Source: Macrostomum hystrix (lineage: Eukaryota; Animalia; Platyhelminthes). Taken from it: a stretch of 64,000 nt of DNA. Below the pieces are notes generated by a model. That model had not been told where the DNA came from, made no database searches, and saw nothing but the letters and a program-made list of their open reading frames with translations. A program made the translations under genes and the position numbers. Position 1 is the stretch's first letter. Every line of letters starts with the position of its first letter. Of the stretch, positions 10,646-23,672 are shown piece after piece. The stretch spans positions 16,244,001 through 16,308,000 of the forward strand of contig CATNEN010000001.1 of assembly GCA_950097015.1 (NCBI GenBank), read 5' to 3'.

Positions 10646-11172
10646 TAAGCTGCAGTACACACTATAAATTCCTAGAAGTCGTAATTTGTCGTAAATTGCA
10701 TATTTGTTATTCTAACGGCATTTTTCAAATATTGAAATTGTTCATAATTTTTGAAATCGTATGATTGAACATCTTGTATCATTGTCGTAACTCGTAAATA
10801 TTTTTCGTATTTCCTGTTTCCTATCAACTGTCCGAACTGTGTTACAACTTACAATTACTGCTTTCGTTTCAATTCAGTTTTTTTCAATATTACATATATT
10901 TGCTTGGCTTAGTAATTTGCTTGTATAGTATATATATATATATATATTTAATAACATCATTTCTGCGACTCTTATAGTTATATGCTCTAATGCAATGCGA
11001 CTCTAATATTATTCTTATGACTCTTACTTGTCTTGCTTGCTTGTCAGTTTAGTTTTTGTATTATAGTAAGTAGTTTAAGTAACTAAGTTCTTCATTATTT
11101 TGATTTGAAAGTGTCCATTCATATTCTATATCTCAAGCTTATTCCTAAAACTAAGTACTTTTAAAGAAAGCT

Positions 11173-14100
11173 ATGTCTCAGTCTCAGCAGACTGATTCCT
11201 CTGATTCATCTGATTCTGAGGCTGAGAGTCGTGAAGATGGCACTCATTGTGAACAAAGTCCAAGACCAGGACCAGGACCAGGTGAGCTGAGCTAAGCACT
11301 GAGTTTGTATTAGCTATTAATTAGTGTAAAATACCACGTTAGTCAACAAAACCTAATTTTGGTATGGTTTCATTCAAAGCTTCACAACTTTTACAAACTA
11401 TAAAACTATAACAAGAACTTGGTCTCAAAAGAAAGTAGACAAAATTTCACATCTTTTGACATATTGCATTTAAAAGTCTAATTGGTATTTGCTGAACAGT
11501 ATCCATTTTAGTAGACTTTTTTTGACAAAAATTGCAGAAATTAAAAAGGCAAGAAAAAGTGACTTTCAAAAAATGGACACTGCTTTCTTGCCAGGCAACA
11601 GATTACAACAAGTGACCACTTCTCTGACTAAAAACAAGCTAGGCTTTCATGAACTCATGATTCTTTTTTGTGCTCTCAGGACCAAAAACATTCATGCAAT
11701 GGATTGCAAAGTTTAAAAACATGTTTTTCACCTAAAATTTGTTGACTAACATGGTATTTTACACTATATAATTTTTATTGTGTTGTATAATTATAATAAT
11801 GTATAATTTTTTTTAATTGTGGCCTGTGGGCAAGAATGTGAATACTATATAATCTACTAGTTTCATTTAAACATTTCTATATTGTATACAAATTAGCAAA
11901 TATTAATTTTTCATTTTATAAAATTTTAAGCAGTTACAGAATGATGAATGAATCATACTGATATTGAGTTAAGAGTCTGTTAGACACTATGTGGGTAGTA
12001 GTGGTTGTGGAATTTCAATGTTACCAAAGCAGACTCTTCACAATTTTTGAAGTTGTTTTAAAAAATATGTTTTAAGTTCAAGAGTTATTAAAGCATTTCT
12101 TTACTTCTTCATAACATCATGTTACTTTTATATTATTAATTAACAGAATCTATTTCTCCTGCTCCTGTGCAGGCCCATGGACTAGCTGGTCCATGGGCAA
12201 GACTATTTGGAAAACGAGCTATGGACATAGACTCTTCCAACTCTCGTGCCACTGGACCCATAACATCCAAAGATGAACCACCATCCAAGAAAAGACGAGT
12301 TACTTGCAATGTCCATTACTGCTTGAATTGCCTCAGGGCTGGAAAGATCATTGTGCAATGCCGATTGTACCGAGGGAATGAGTCGTCGAAGAAACGGCAC
12401 ATTGCACACCATCATACAGATGCCAAGGGCACTGTTCTGCAGCGCCCAGAGTTTGGCTCGCAAGACAGTCTGCTGGTGCAGCAGCTGCTGCGGTCCAGGA
12501 CAGATGACATAGTACAGGAAGAAGCTTCCGAAGCGACTGAAAGTAATGCGCCTGACAACACTGGAGAGTCAGAGCTGGAGATAACTGCTGCCGACATTCC
12601 TGCTCCCATCAACCTAGCTGGTGACGTTAGAAATCATGTGTCTGCAGCTGATGTACAAGAATCGACATATAACTTTGGAGTAGGACGCATGCGCTTCCCA
12701 TCGGGAGTTTCCTGCATCTCAGGATCTGGAATCGAGGGTGTTAATGAGTTGGAGTCTTCAACTGCCAGCCTATCAGCGATGATGAAGTTGCTAGCAGAGC
12801 AGAATGAGCAACTGGCGAAGCAGTCGCAGCAGATTGCCAATCTGAGCGATGTTATTGCGAAGCAGTCGCAGGAAATTGCTAATCTTAGCACTAGATTGGC
12901 AAAGCTGTCAGCTCAGGGGCTTTCGGCCACAGAATCCGTTCCTACGCCAGCAGTTGGTCGAGCCTCAGTGCTGTCTACCGAGAAGTACGCTTGCTTGGCT
13001 GATCTTCTCAAGCACCATTATGTTGGTGTATGTCCAGTGGAAGAAGACTATATCGTTTACTGTGTGCCATGCTTCCAGTTGGCCCGCCAGTCGCGCGATG
13101 TCTCTGAAACAATGTCAGTTGAGGGTGTGCATCGTCTTATGTAAGTTTAGGACAATAAGTTTTTGGCCTCCAAGATCTATTTATTATAATTCATTTACAG
13201 AAAAACAATTTATACTTTATTCACAGAAACCCCTCATCTAAAGGATCAATTGGCACGGGCCTATTTGTCAACGCAGCGAAGATGGAGAAGCTGCATAATG
13301 ACCACTCAGCCTTCTGCAAATTCCGCTACGGGATTCTGAGCCACATGTCTGGAGCGAATAGCAGAGATCACCATTTTGCTGTTGATCTGCAGAATAATGA
13401 GGAGAAGCGAAACACTCTAAATCAGACGGTCGTTCGGAATATTATTCGAACTGCAGATCTACTCATCGAGACGGCGACTGCGGCCATGCATTACGAGCTG
13501 TTTATCAGTCATTTGGAGGCGTGTGAAGCCGAAGTTGGAAACATCGGACACGGATTGTGAGGGTTTTGCTGTTTCCGTTCACTTAGCCTATAAACATTGC
13601 CTACTAACTGGCTTTGCATTATTCACCCGTTCCAACTATATAGCCAATTCTGCAAGGAAATGTGGCGCCTGCTCGAGGTCTGCGTCGACAGGAGCACCAG
13701 CCAGTTTCTGCGCGCACCCCTGCCATCAACGGGTCTCCCGCCGCTCATCTGCCTCACCTGCGACAAAAGCACGCCGTCGCGCATCACTAACCAAGCGGTG
13801 ATGGTGTTGGCCAGGTAGAATTACCTCGCATCGCATTACTGAAGACATGATTTCTCCTAATCCCTACTGCCTCTCAGAATAATTATTTAAGAGCGAAATT
13901 CCTGCAATTCACAGGGATCAATCTGGTGAAGCTTTGGCTATCCCGGCTGGCGCACCTCCGATTTACGATAGCGGTATGGACGCAGGAGGCGAAGCCCTAA
14001 CCAAATTGCTGTTGGAGACGGTACGAGTATTCGATCCTCCCTTGCGCAGTATCGTCGGCGTCGTTGCCGATGGTCAGTACATCTACAATCGGCCGTTCGC

Positions 14101-17100
14101 AGATGCGTTGCGCAGGCAGTTGAATATCGACGTCGATGACAAGGAGTTTGTGCCCATCAGCTGGGATGCGGCGCACTATTTGAACCTGGCGGTCACCGAT
14201 GTCCGCGATGGCCGAAACCCCAACGGAGAGTTCTTCAGCCGGTTTGTAAAGCGGGCCAACGAATTTTCCCACCAGTTTGGTCGAGGCCGGGGCTTTGCCG
14301 CTTTAGAAGAAGCGACGGAGGAGGGTGCCAGGTGCATCTCCTCATTTGCGACACATCGCTTCGCCAGCTCAGCTATGAAGCAGTGGGAGGCCATCGCGTC
14401 TTCTTATGGTGTAAGTAATGGCTGCCATAAAAATCGATACTCGATACTCGATACTCGCATTAGTATTACAGGGTATTTCCCAACGGTGTTACACACTAGT
14501 TCGGAAAAGTGTCATATATAATTTTTTAATCAAATAACTCACAACTAAGCTTAGGAAATTGTGATATTATGTTCTGTTATGTTATTATTGTTTAATTTAG
14601 TATAATTTGTTTTACTTTAGACCTATTTATTCCAGTTTTTATTACTTTTTAAATTCGAAAAATACTGTAAACAATGTAAAACTCCATGTCCAAAAATATG
14701 GTAGCCTAGTTCCCTGTCTATAAAAACGTGACTATATGTTCATTTCTTATTGCTTCTATGTTGTATTCAGCCACTCATATGTTATACCTGATTGCACAAC
14801 CGTTATTTCTAGTTTCTAAACAGTTTTGACGGAATTTTAAAGGTTCCTAGCATGTCCTACAAAATGTGTCATCTGAGCGACGCTAGACATGCGTAAATTG
14901 AAGTCAGATATTTAAGCTATGGAAAGTGTATTAAACAAAGGCATTGGCTTAAATAATTGTCATGCTGTATAGTCTAATGTCTGGTCTCACCCTGTGACTC
15001 GTTGAGGAATATAGTTTTTTCACAAACTCAAACATTTTTACGTTTTTTCGTGTACAGTTTTTGTCATCTGAGCGACGCAAGAAAAATTAAATTTTTTATT
15101 ACACAGTCAAACTAAAGAAAGAAGTAGAATTTTATTCTTAATTGAGAATAAATTTTGATTATAATGACGTATGATTTGACTATGAATATATTTGGATTCA
15201 ACTAAAAAGTTGACAATACACCAGTTTGTGTCATCTAAGCGACGTCATCTGAGCGACGTCGCTCAGATGACGTCGCTCATATGACATACCAAAGTGTGCA
15301 AATTAGGTTGGATTTATAGCCTTTATGTTAGTCATTCCAGCTACATCAGAATGCCAGAGAATCCCGAGCTCAAGAAGATGCGGCAGTTAGCCTACCGACA
15401 ACGAAAAAAGGAGGATGACAATTGGAGAAAGAAGCGAAATGAGACAAGCAAAAAGAGCTATCATGAAAAGAAGATGGGGCCCATGACAGAGCGCGACTGG
15501 CGTATGAAACGTCGTGTCTGGAAGAAAAATCAGAAAAAGTGCCGACTGCAAAAGAAGTCTAAACTCGAGCAGGAGACACTGCAGCCTCTGAATTTTGCTA
15601 ATGGTGAACATACGTCCGACTCTGACACCAGTGTTAATACGGTGCCACTCGTGTCTGTCGATGTCCAAGTAAGCACACCAAAAACTACAAAAAGAGGGCG
15701 TGAACGTCATTCTGGTGCTGGCCGCACCTTGGAGGGGACACCCCGAGGGACCGTGCGAAACGTCACGCCAGCTTCATTGGCAGCACAGCGTCGTGAAAAG
15801 CGCAAAACTGAGCAGCGGATTCACAGACTGCGCTCAGAGCTAGCTAAGTACAAACGGTACTACTGGCGCTTGTACACGAGAGCTAATCGGCAAAAAAAGG
15901 TATGCATTGCCAGTACACACGTGTAGGACTGTGGCAGCTTCGACTGTCATGGCAGAGCGAGTCATGCAGACCAGGCAGCGTGGCGTTCGGTGTCCAGTGG
16001 CCATCATGCCATCATGCGCGAAAAGCTACAGGCACATGAGGTGTTTCTGCAGCACCTGCGAGAAGTGAAGACAAAGCGCCCAGTGATGCGCCTGACAGTG
16101 GCTCTGCTCAACCGATCGCGAAAAATACTACGAATGGGCGGAGCAGCTGGGGTAAAGAGGAAATTTTTATCTTACATTTATTTTGGACAGTTGCGCAACT
16201 AGGATTTTTTAATTTTTTGTCGGTCTCCAAGCAAGCAAGTGAAGTTGCATTTAAAGCATAATTTGAATCATTTTCAGGTAACATTTTATAAATCTGTTGC
16301 ACTTCTCACAGGCCCGCAGCGCTCGCTACCTGGTTCGCTTGTTGGCCGTCGACCCCAGGACGGCCAAGAAGCATGAGCAACCACGACCAGTGGAAGAGCT
16401 GCCAGCCAGTGCCCAAAGACGACAGTATGTCGAGTCATTCTTCTGTCGTGACGAGAATTCCCGCCTCGCTGCTGGGAAGCGTGATACGGTCACACGAAAC
16501 AAGGTCAAACAGCAGAAGCGGTACTTAAACTTCAGCATTGCCATTCTGTACAGCAAGTACGTTGCCGAAGTTGGTGAAGAGGTGGCTGTCAGCGCTACGA
16601 CTTTCTACCGTTGGCGGCCATTTTATGTTGTGTGGCCTCAGCTGAATGACCGGAGCCAATGCATGTGCATGCCATGTGCCAACATGAGGGTAAATTTAAG
16701 ACCAAACATCATAGGATTGTAAGTGCATGAAATGAAATTATAATAAATTTGAATGCTAATTTTCTCTGCATTTTTTACAGCTTCTGGTCGATGGCCTCTA
16801 TGCACGCCAGTTACTGCGATGCCGTGGTCTTGACGATCTTGTGGAAAAGATTGTTTGCCGAAGCGACAGCACTGACTGCATGTATGGCAGATGCAACCTC
16901 TGTTGCGACCGGACTGTGCGGGCAGCTGAAGGCCCGCTCAGTGATGCCCAGTTGAATAGCTCAGTGCGCTACCATGAGTGGGGTGAATCGGGCGGGTACA
17001 ATGGTGTTGTCTGCATGCAGGTAAAAATGAAAATTATCAGTATTATTACCTTGAGGAGCCTACTGGTCCAATGAAATCTGAAGTATTTACTAAATATTAC

Positions 17101-20100
17101 CCTGCCTTTCAGAAGTCTGCTCTGGCTCTGGAACTCTGTGAGCAGTTCGAGCAGCAACTACGTCGCTATGCCCAACACACTTTGCGCGTGCGGCACCAGC
17201 TGCAGGCATTCCGAGTGGCACGCACCACCTTAGCGCCGGGAGAAATCATCCTGCATGTTGATTACTCTGAAAACTTTTCTGCCAAATACGCCGAAGAAGT
17301 TCAGTCCTGCCACTTTGGCGGCAGAGCCCAAGTCGTTATTCATCAGGGCATCCTGTACACGGCTGACGTAAGTGACATATACTATGTGCATTATCAATAT
17401 ACTTACTGCATGGGAGTGAAATCAGAGTGCATGCACGGTAATACTATGCAGCAGTGATACATTTACAGACGTCTACAGTATGTATTCTCATTTCAGGAGA
17501 CTCCTCAGGCATTTGCCTCGCTGTCAGCTGACACGAGGAAGAAAGCAGCTGGGGTCATGGCACATTTGCGCAGCATCCTTGACTATGCCAGTGACCGTTG
17601 GTCAACCCTTCGCAAGGTCACCATCCTGTCCGACTCTCCGTCCTCGCAATACCGCAATCGGTACTGCTTGTACCTAATGCGACAAGAGATGCAGGCACGT
17701 GGCATCAACGCATGGGAGTGGCTCTTTTCTGAAGCAGGCCACGGCAAGGGTGCTGCTGATGGAGTTGGCGCCGCCATCAAGCGCAGATGTGACGCTGCCG
17801 TCTCAAAGGGCTTCACTGTAGAGACCCCTAGCCATGTCATCAGTGCTGTCAAGGAGTCTGATGATTCGACGAAGATCCTGCTATTTGAGGTAAAGTCAGT
17901 ATAATTACATTTATCATATTTTCCTACTTTTTATTGTGCCATTTGTACTTATCACACCCGTAGGTCACTAGCCGCGACATCGACCATGCACAGGCAGTGC
18001 TGGATGAGGCCACCGTCCCACCAATGAAGGGTCTATCACGCTGTCATCAGGTGTGCGGAAATGCACTCCAGCAGTCCACTGTGTACCGTGAGCTCGCCTG
18101 CCGCTGTGCAAGTGACCCCATGCAGTGCACGTGCCACGGCACCAAGGTTTGGGGTGGCACGGACACCGATCAACGCCAACCAGCGCGGGATATGACTCCT
18201 GAAGCTCCTGAAGCTCATGTGGGCAGCTACGTGGCTGTTTCGTATGAGACCAGGGGTCGCATCGACTGGTACATTGGCCAGGTCACAGCTGTTGATGGTG
18301 GGAACCTGAGAGTTTCTTACATGACCAAGCTGCCAGGTGACAGGTATGTTGTAACAGTGAATGCTACAACTTTAAATTATATTGAATACTTTCAAGCTCA
18401 GTTACATTCTGGGAGGTCATATTTACTTTGCAGACTGTACTGGTCCCCCAAACCTGATGTCCTTGATGTTGAGCGCGCGTCGGTGCTGTGGGTCCTGCAG
18501 ACAGTGCCAGAGATCTGCCCAGGGACGTCTGGCTCCAGGCGTGTTGTGTGTCAGCTATCGAAAGACGATGTGGAGCATGTCCAGTCCGCATTTGCTGCCG
18601 AAGGCTGACACTCAATTCAGCTTGAGTCTCGAACTGTCCACTGAGCACTTCATCAGACTTAATGCTACTTACACTTGCTTACACCAACTGTACTTTAAGT
18701 CCCGCGTGTTGCTTGATATGCTTGCTAAGTTCTGTTGTTATATTACTGGCATTCATCAAGCTTGAACTGCACACGCGGTGAAGCAAGAAAAAAAGGAAAA
18801 CGCATTATGGACACGAATTTTGTGAAGTAAATTAGTTTTAGTTTTTATTCTATAAAAAGCGAGCGGTATATCCGAATGAGTTATCTAGAGATAATAGCTG
18901 CAAACCTAAAAACGTTATGCACGGCTTTATAGTGTATTTAAATTACGACATACTAATATAACAAATCAAACTAAATAGCATGTTTAACTTAGAACTACAC
19001 GCTTAAAAACTTGCACATGTGTCTTTAGTTTTCATTCTGATCGAGTAATCTAGCACATAAAGCATATAGGAAGTATACAAATAGTTGTCATCTGAGCGAC
19101 GCGTCATTGTCATCTGAGCGACGGTAGTGTCATCTGAGCGACGGGTAAATGTCATCTAAGCGACGGTCTGTAAAAAAAATAAAATATTTAAGACAGTTAG
19201 GCACAGGAAAACTGCTTTCGACTTAATATTTATACAGTATATGATGTGAGTGATGATTTAAAATGCTTTCGCCAATACATAAGTAAAAAAATTAAATTTA
19301 CAACATGTGTGTATTTTTTTTGGGAAACACCCTACACATTTTTGCACAGGCTCTGCACAAGGCATTCCGTGCGGAAAACCCAAACTGCAATGACGACGAG
19401 ACTTTGCAGTACGCGATGTTTGGCTGTGATTTTGTCTTTGACATGCTGGCCCTGCTCGATTTGTTAGCACCCCTCCGTGAACTGATGGAAATCGCCCAGG
19501 TAAGTCTAAAATACTTTTTAGCAGCTTGTTTCTTCCTTGCTTCTGCGTCATGTTGCTGTTGGCCTTCAATTACACAGGACCTTCAGCAGCCCCACTGGAA
19601 AGTGTCACTGCTGTGGCAGAAGGTCGCCAGCTACTTGAAGCGAAGGTCGGAATGCTTCCGCCTTTCCGACTATCCACGGCTAGCCTCGTGCTACGACTCA
19701 ATTCGACCTGGCGGTGTATTCGACGGCGTGCCACTACTCGACGGTTGGCTGGTGACGAATGAGGGCGCACAGACGGCGTCTTCAGGGCGTATTGGGCGGA
19801 CGACGAATGAGGCGCAGGTTAATTGGGTCGCACGCGACCGCGATGACATGCAAAGCGACATTGTTAAGCTTGCTGGTGCGCTGCACGATAGCCTCACTGA
19901 GCGCATCTCGAAGTCCTCCAATGCAGCAGTTTCTGATTGTGCAGTTATGGATGCTGCTACCGTCATTGGACTGCTGGCTTCGAACGATTTCGACGTCGAC
20001 GTAGAGGCTTACACGGAGTCCCCCTCGGCCAAACGTCTCGTCGAACAAGCGCAGCGCCACGAACATCTGCAAATGAACGCGAAGTTATCGCGCAAGTATG

Positions 20101-20895
20101 TTGCTGCATACGTGGCCAGTGTGCACCAGGCGTTTAAGACTGGCAGGGGCCGTGAAAAATGGCTGTCGCCAGCCGTCTCGGAGCCAATTGTCGCCATCCG
20201 TGTCGCCGCCGACGCCGACTCATGCCGCCTCGATCTCCACCTGGAAGTCGTGACGGAGTCTGGCAATACGGTGTTCACACGCCTTGTGGAGAAGGCTGTC
20301 TACCAGTCGATGTACCACGACCCACGGCTGTTCGAGCCTGCCGGACAAAAGGCCTGTCATCTGCTGGATTTCGCGCTGCAACGCAGTGGTACTGGTGAGA
20401 TCAAGGCACACAGTTCTAAAAGTTTTAAATTGTTTAATTTTAACTCTAGGAAACTACAATGATGATCGTGTCTTTTGTCCTGTTCATTCACATCAAACTT
20501 ACATTACAATTAAATTCCGTGCTCTAATCTTGTCTTTACTTTCAGAGGCCATAGTAGAAACCTTCTACTCAGCCATGCGTTCGCAGCAGCAGCAAGGCGG
20601 CCAGTCGAATGATACTTTGGCGCAGCGGACGAAGCTTCATCTGACAATGCCGTCCATCAACACGCCGCAGATGGCTTCCCTCCTGGACGATGCTGCACGC
20701 CTATATTTCAAAGGCGACGAACAGCGCAGTCTACGTCCACATCGCGACCCACTCTTTTTTGACCCTAGAGGCCGGGCAAAAAAGAAGTATTTGGTCAGCA
20801 AGGTGGTCGACCGCCACACAACTTCGAAGCCGCGCTGCCCGTACATTGGCCGATCTGTGATCTGCGATCTGCGATGTGCGATCTGTGATCTGTGA
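11173..20895 (+). CDS. hAT-family DDE transposase, 8 exons, about 1138 aa (11173-11281, 12147-13140, 13227-13556, 13644-13814, 13915-14410, 19350-19499, 19578-20394, 20546-20895)
   Basis: All seven GT-AG junctions are phase-compatible and no internal stop was seen. Motifs in hAT order: LICLTCDKST (D), VGVVADGQY (D), WDAAHYLNLAV (C/DxxH), ATHRF, GTEAIVETFYS (E). Cys/His-rich region near the N-terminus. Confidence 0.85.
11322..11766. mobile_element. MITE in intron 1 of the hAT transposase
   Basis: 29-bp TIRs TAGTGTAAAATACCA(C/T)GTTAGTCAACAAA with one mismatch; non-coding AT-rich interior. The terminal TA may be a TA TSD, so the superfamily is unresolved. Confidence 0.8.
14471..19332 (+). mobile_element. 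Full-length Sola2-type DNA transposon nested in intron 5 of the hAT transposase
   Basis: TIRs GGGT(A/G)TTTCCCAA; 4-bp TSD TACA (14467-14470 / 19333-19336); GTCATCTGAGCGACG motifs near both ends (about 14868, 15063, 15229-15286, 19087-19165). Confidence 0.85.
15351..18608 (+). CDS. Sola2-type DDD transposase, 8 exons, about 864 aa (15351-15899, 15927-16151, 16312-16689, 16781-17020, 17113-17367, 17497-17889, 17964-18343, 18434-18608)
   Basis: Motifs LHVDYSENF...EVQSCHF, ILSDSPSSQYRN and SEAGHGKGAADGVG; junctions are phase-consistent. The first intron is only 27 nt and could instead be a nonsense mutation. Confidence 0.8.
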
Positions 20896-21013
20896 ATGCG
20901 ATAACCTAACTGTATGATGAACGTATTTTATTTCGTAACATTAATACATCATATAACCCTTAGGTTAACATAGGGTGCTTTTCTGTGTAGGGTCAGGGCT
21001 AGGGGACAGAAAC

Positions 21014-21100
21014 AGCGCATAGACGGCACACAGATGGCGCACAGACGGCGCACAGACGGCGCACAGATGGCGCACAGACGGCGCACAGACGGCGCACAGA
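21014..21100. repeat. Right subterminal array of the hAT element (11-bp GGCGCACAGA(C/T), about 7 copies)
   Basis: Direct repeats sharing the GGCGCACA core with the left array. Confidence 0.9.
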
Positions 21101-21210
21101 TTGTCCCTCCAAAATTTATTCCGGCGCACACTCTGCCACCTTCCTGACTATGGCTCATTATCATCGTACTGTTTGCTAGCTGGTCATATTATCTTTAGTT
21201 AATAGCAGAT

Positions 21211-21747
21211 TGTAACAGCAGGAGGTATATCCCAGATGTTTTATTGTGTTTTGGGTTTTGATTTTTAGTATAGGGGTCTCTTCCTTGAAAAACATCTAAA
21301 AGACTTAAAGGTTCAAATAAATATATTCCAGACTAAGTGTTCATAAAATAATTATTCATTGGATATAAAGAGAGATATAAAGGAAGAGCTGTAATCCTTA
21401 GATCATTGGTAATGCCTTAAAAGCAGACTGAACATTGCAAACCAGACTAGCCAAAAACCCGCTTAACAAGTGAATATATAATCCTAGGCCTATAAAATTT
21501 TATGAAATAAGTAAACTAGAACTCGGTTACTATATAAAGACACTACCAACTCAGACTTAATACGCTACCATTAAGAGTTAAAAACTTCATATTACATTAA
21601 ATTATAAGAAAGGTTAATAACCACTTTGATAACAGCAATTGGATACTAAATATTGTATAATAATCCTATAACAAATTTAATAATAACAGTGGGACATTAA
21701 ATATATTAAGAAGCCCTAGGACAACTTTGGTGACAGCGGAAAGGATC
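21211..21747 (+). mobile_element. Possible orphan LTR (TGT...ACA, about 513 bp) followed by a tRNA-Leu-like primer binding site
   Basis: TGTAAC at 21211, ACA at 21721-21723, then TGGTGACAGCGG at 21728, resembling the complement of a tRNA-Leu 3' end (TGGTGGCAGCGG). No second LTR or ORF seen. Confidence 0.4.
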
Positions 21748-23672
21748 TAAGAAAACAGCAAAAACTTTCAGATATGAATAGCCATCTTCTCTTTGTTTTC
21801 TTCGAATTTTATATCTAGTTATATGAAAAAATAATATAAAACAATAGCAGAATTCACTTGTTTCTTGTTGGGATGCTAAACAGATTTGATGTAAGAATAA
21901 TTGAAGTTGCTAATTAAAGGGAAAAGTCCCTTTTCATAAAACATAAAGTCATGATTCATTCAAAATGGTAGCAACTTGCAAGAAGTTGCTTTGAATTCCA
22001 GTTTATATATTATTATTATATTATATTATATCGTAATCAAGATGTTGAAATTTTATTCAAATAAACTTACCACATTAAATAAAAACCAATGTAATCAGCT
22101 GTAAGATACGAAATGACGCTCGAAAGCTTTTTATTCCTGTCGAAGTAAACATAGAGATAGAGTCGTGGTATTGACTTGTCGAACGTAAGCGATGACACTC
22201 GTAGACACTGACCGCGAGCGAGCGAGCATCTAACTCCGATTAAATATAACCTAACACACTAGGTTAAACGAACGAATTAACAACGCAACCCCAAATTCAC
22301 AAAAACTGGAGAACATTTTAAGCTGCATTGCAGTAACTAAGAAAATATATTAATTGACTAACAAATCATGCACCCAGTGATAACACAAAAGTTCTGGTAT
22401 TTACATCGTTACACCACTATGGCCGGGTTATCAGTTCCCAGATTTTCAGTTACGAACGATAATTTTAATATGCAAACTAAAAAACGATATTTTTTCGAAT
22501 CAAAAATACGTAAACGTATTAAAAACGTAAAATGCTTTTTGCAATATAACATCCAAATAGGTTATACACAAAAAATAGTTTTCTCTACCATGAATAGCAG
22601 CTTTAGTGCACGATCAAAATGCTGCTTACATTATACTATATCCTATTTACTAAAACTCACATTTATTGCTTGCATATACGAGTATGTTCTTGTGTGTATA
22701 GCTTATGCTATTGCACATTGCACAACATATCTAAAGCTACACTAAATGCTAAAAAAACTTACCTGTGTATAGATGTTATATTGAAAAAATAAAAATAACA
22801 TGTTACATTACGGAACCGCTACGGAACCGATTGACAGAGTAACACTGTGCGGTGCAACCTCTCCATCTCCAACAAACCATCACACTGTCGATGGCGCTGC
22901 GATCTAGTTATATCTATGCTATTCCATCATCAGATGGCAATTAAAAATGCAGCATGCCGTGGCAATCGTCCTTTTAATACAATTACAAAAAATGAGCTGC
23001 AGGTTACTCTACGACCCTTTTGAACCAAGAACCATAGCTTTTTAGTTCATTACTAAACTACAAAAAATGACTCAAATTTATTAACAAAACAAAAAAACGT
23101 ATTTAAAACGTTGCTTGATTTTTCATCTAAATTTTTAGCCTTTCCGTTTTTCTAAATTTTTTTTGCCTTGCTATAACGTAACAACTAAATGCATATGTTA
23201 GTAGATTGAGTAGATAAAGAAGTATGTTAAAACTAAAAAATAAAAAATTACGAAAATTAGTTTTGATTACTCGTTTTTGTTGCCTAAAAATATGCGAAGC
23301 AATGAAAGTTTATTTTAGCTCGTATTTGTTGAGGGGAACGGGAAAGTGGTAGTTATACAAATATGAGTAACGCGCATTTGCCAAGCACCCGGACGATAAA
23401 ATAATTTTAGGACAAAATTTTTAAACCGATTTAATCAACAAAGATAATATAACCGCGTGTAAAAAATATCCCAATTACAGAGAGGCAGACAACAGGCAAT
23501 TAAGTGTCTAACGCAGAAAATAATTCCTAAAATTCAGATAAGAATGGATGACTTAAAAAGCGAAATTTCTACGCTTGAAATCTAATTGACGCAACTACCA
23601 AAGGCCAACAGTGCAGGCAAAAATACCCTACGAGAATTTTACTTGTAGTTTTTCATCAGCTAAGTAGGGATT

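Larger units (their letters stand above)
10447..21153 (+). mobile_element. hAT-type DNA transposon, 10.7 kb including two nested elements
   Basis: Perfect 19-bp TIRs CCATAGTCAGGAAGGTGGC (10447-10465 / 21135-21153); 8-bp TSD CTCATTAT (10439-10446 / 21154-21161); GGCGCACA subterminal arrays at both ends. Confidence 0.9.

Noticed and set aside
22150-22918. MITE bounded by CATAGA...TCTATG
   Set aside because: The inverted match is only about 9 of 10 bp and the flanks show no target-site duplication.
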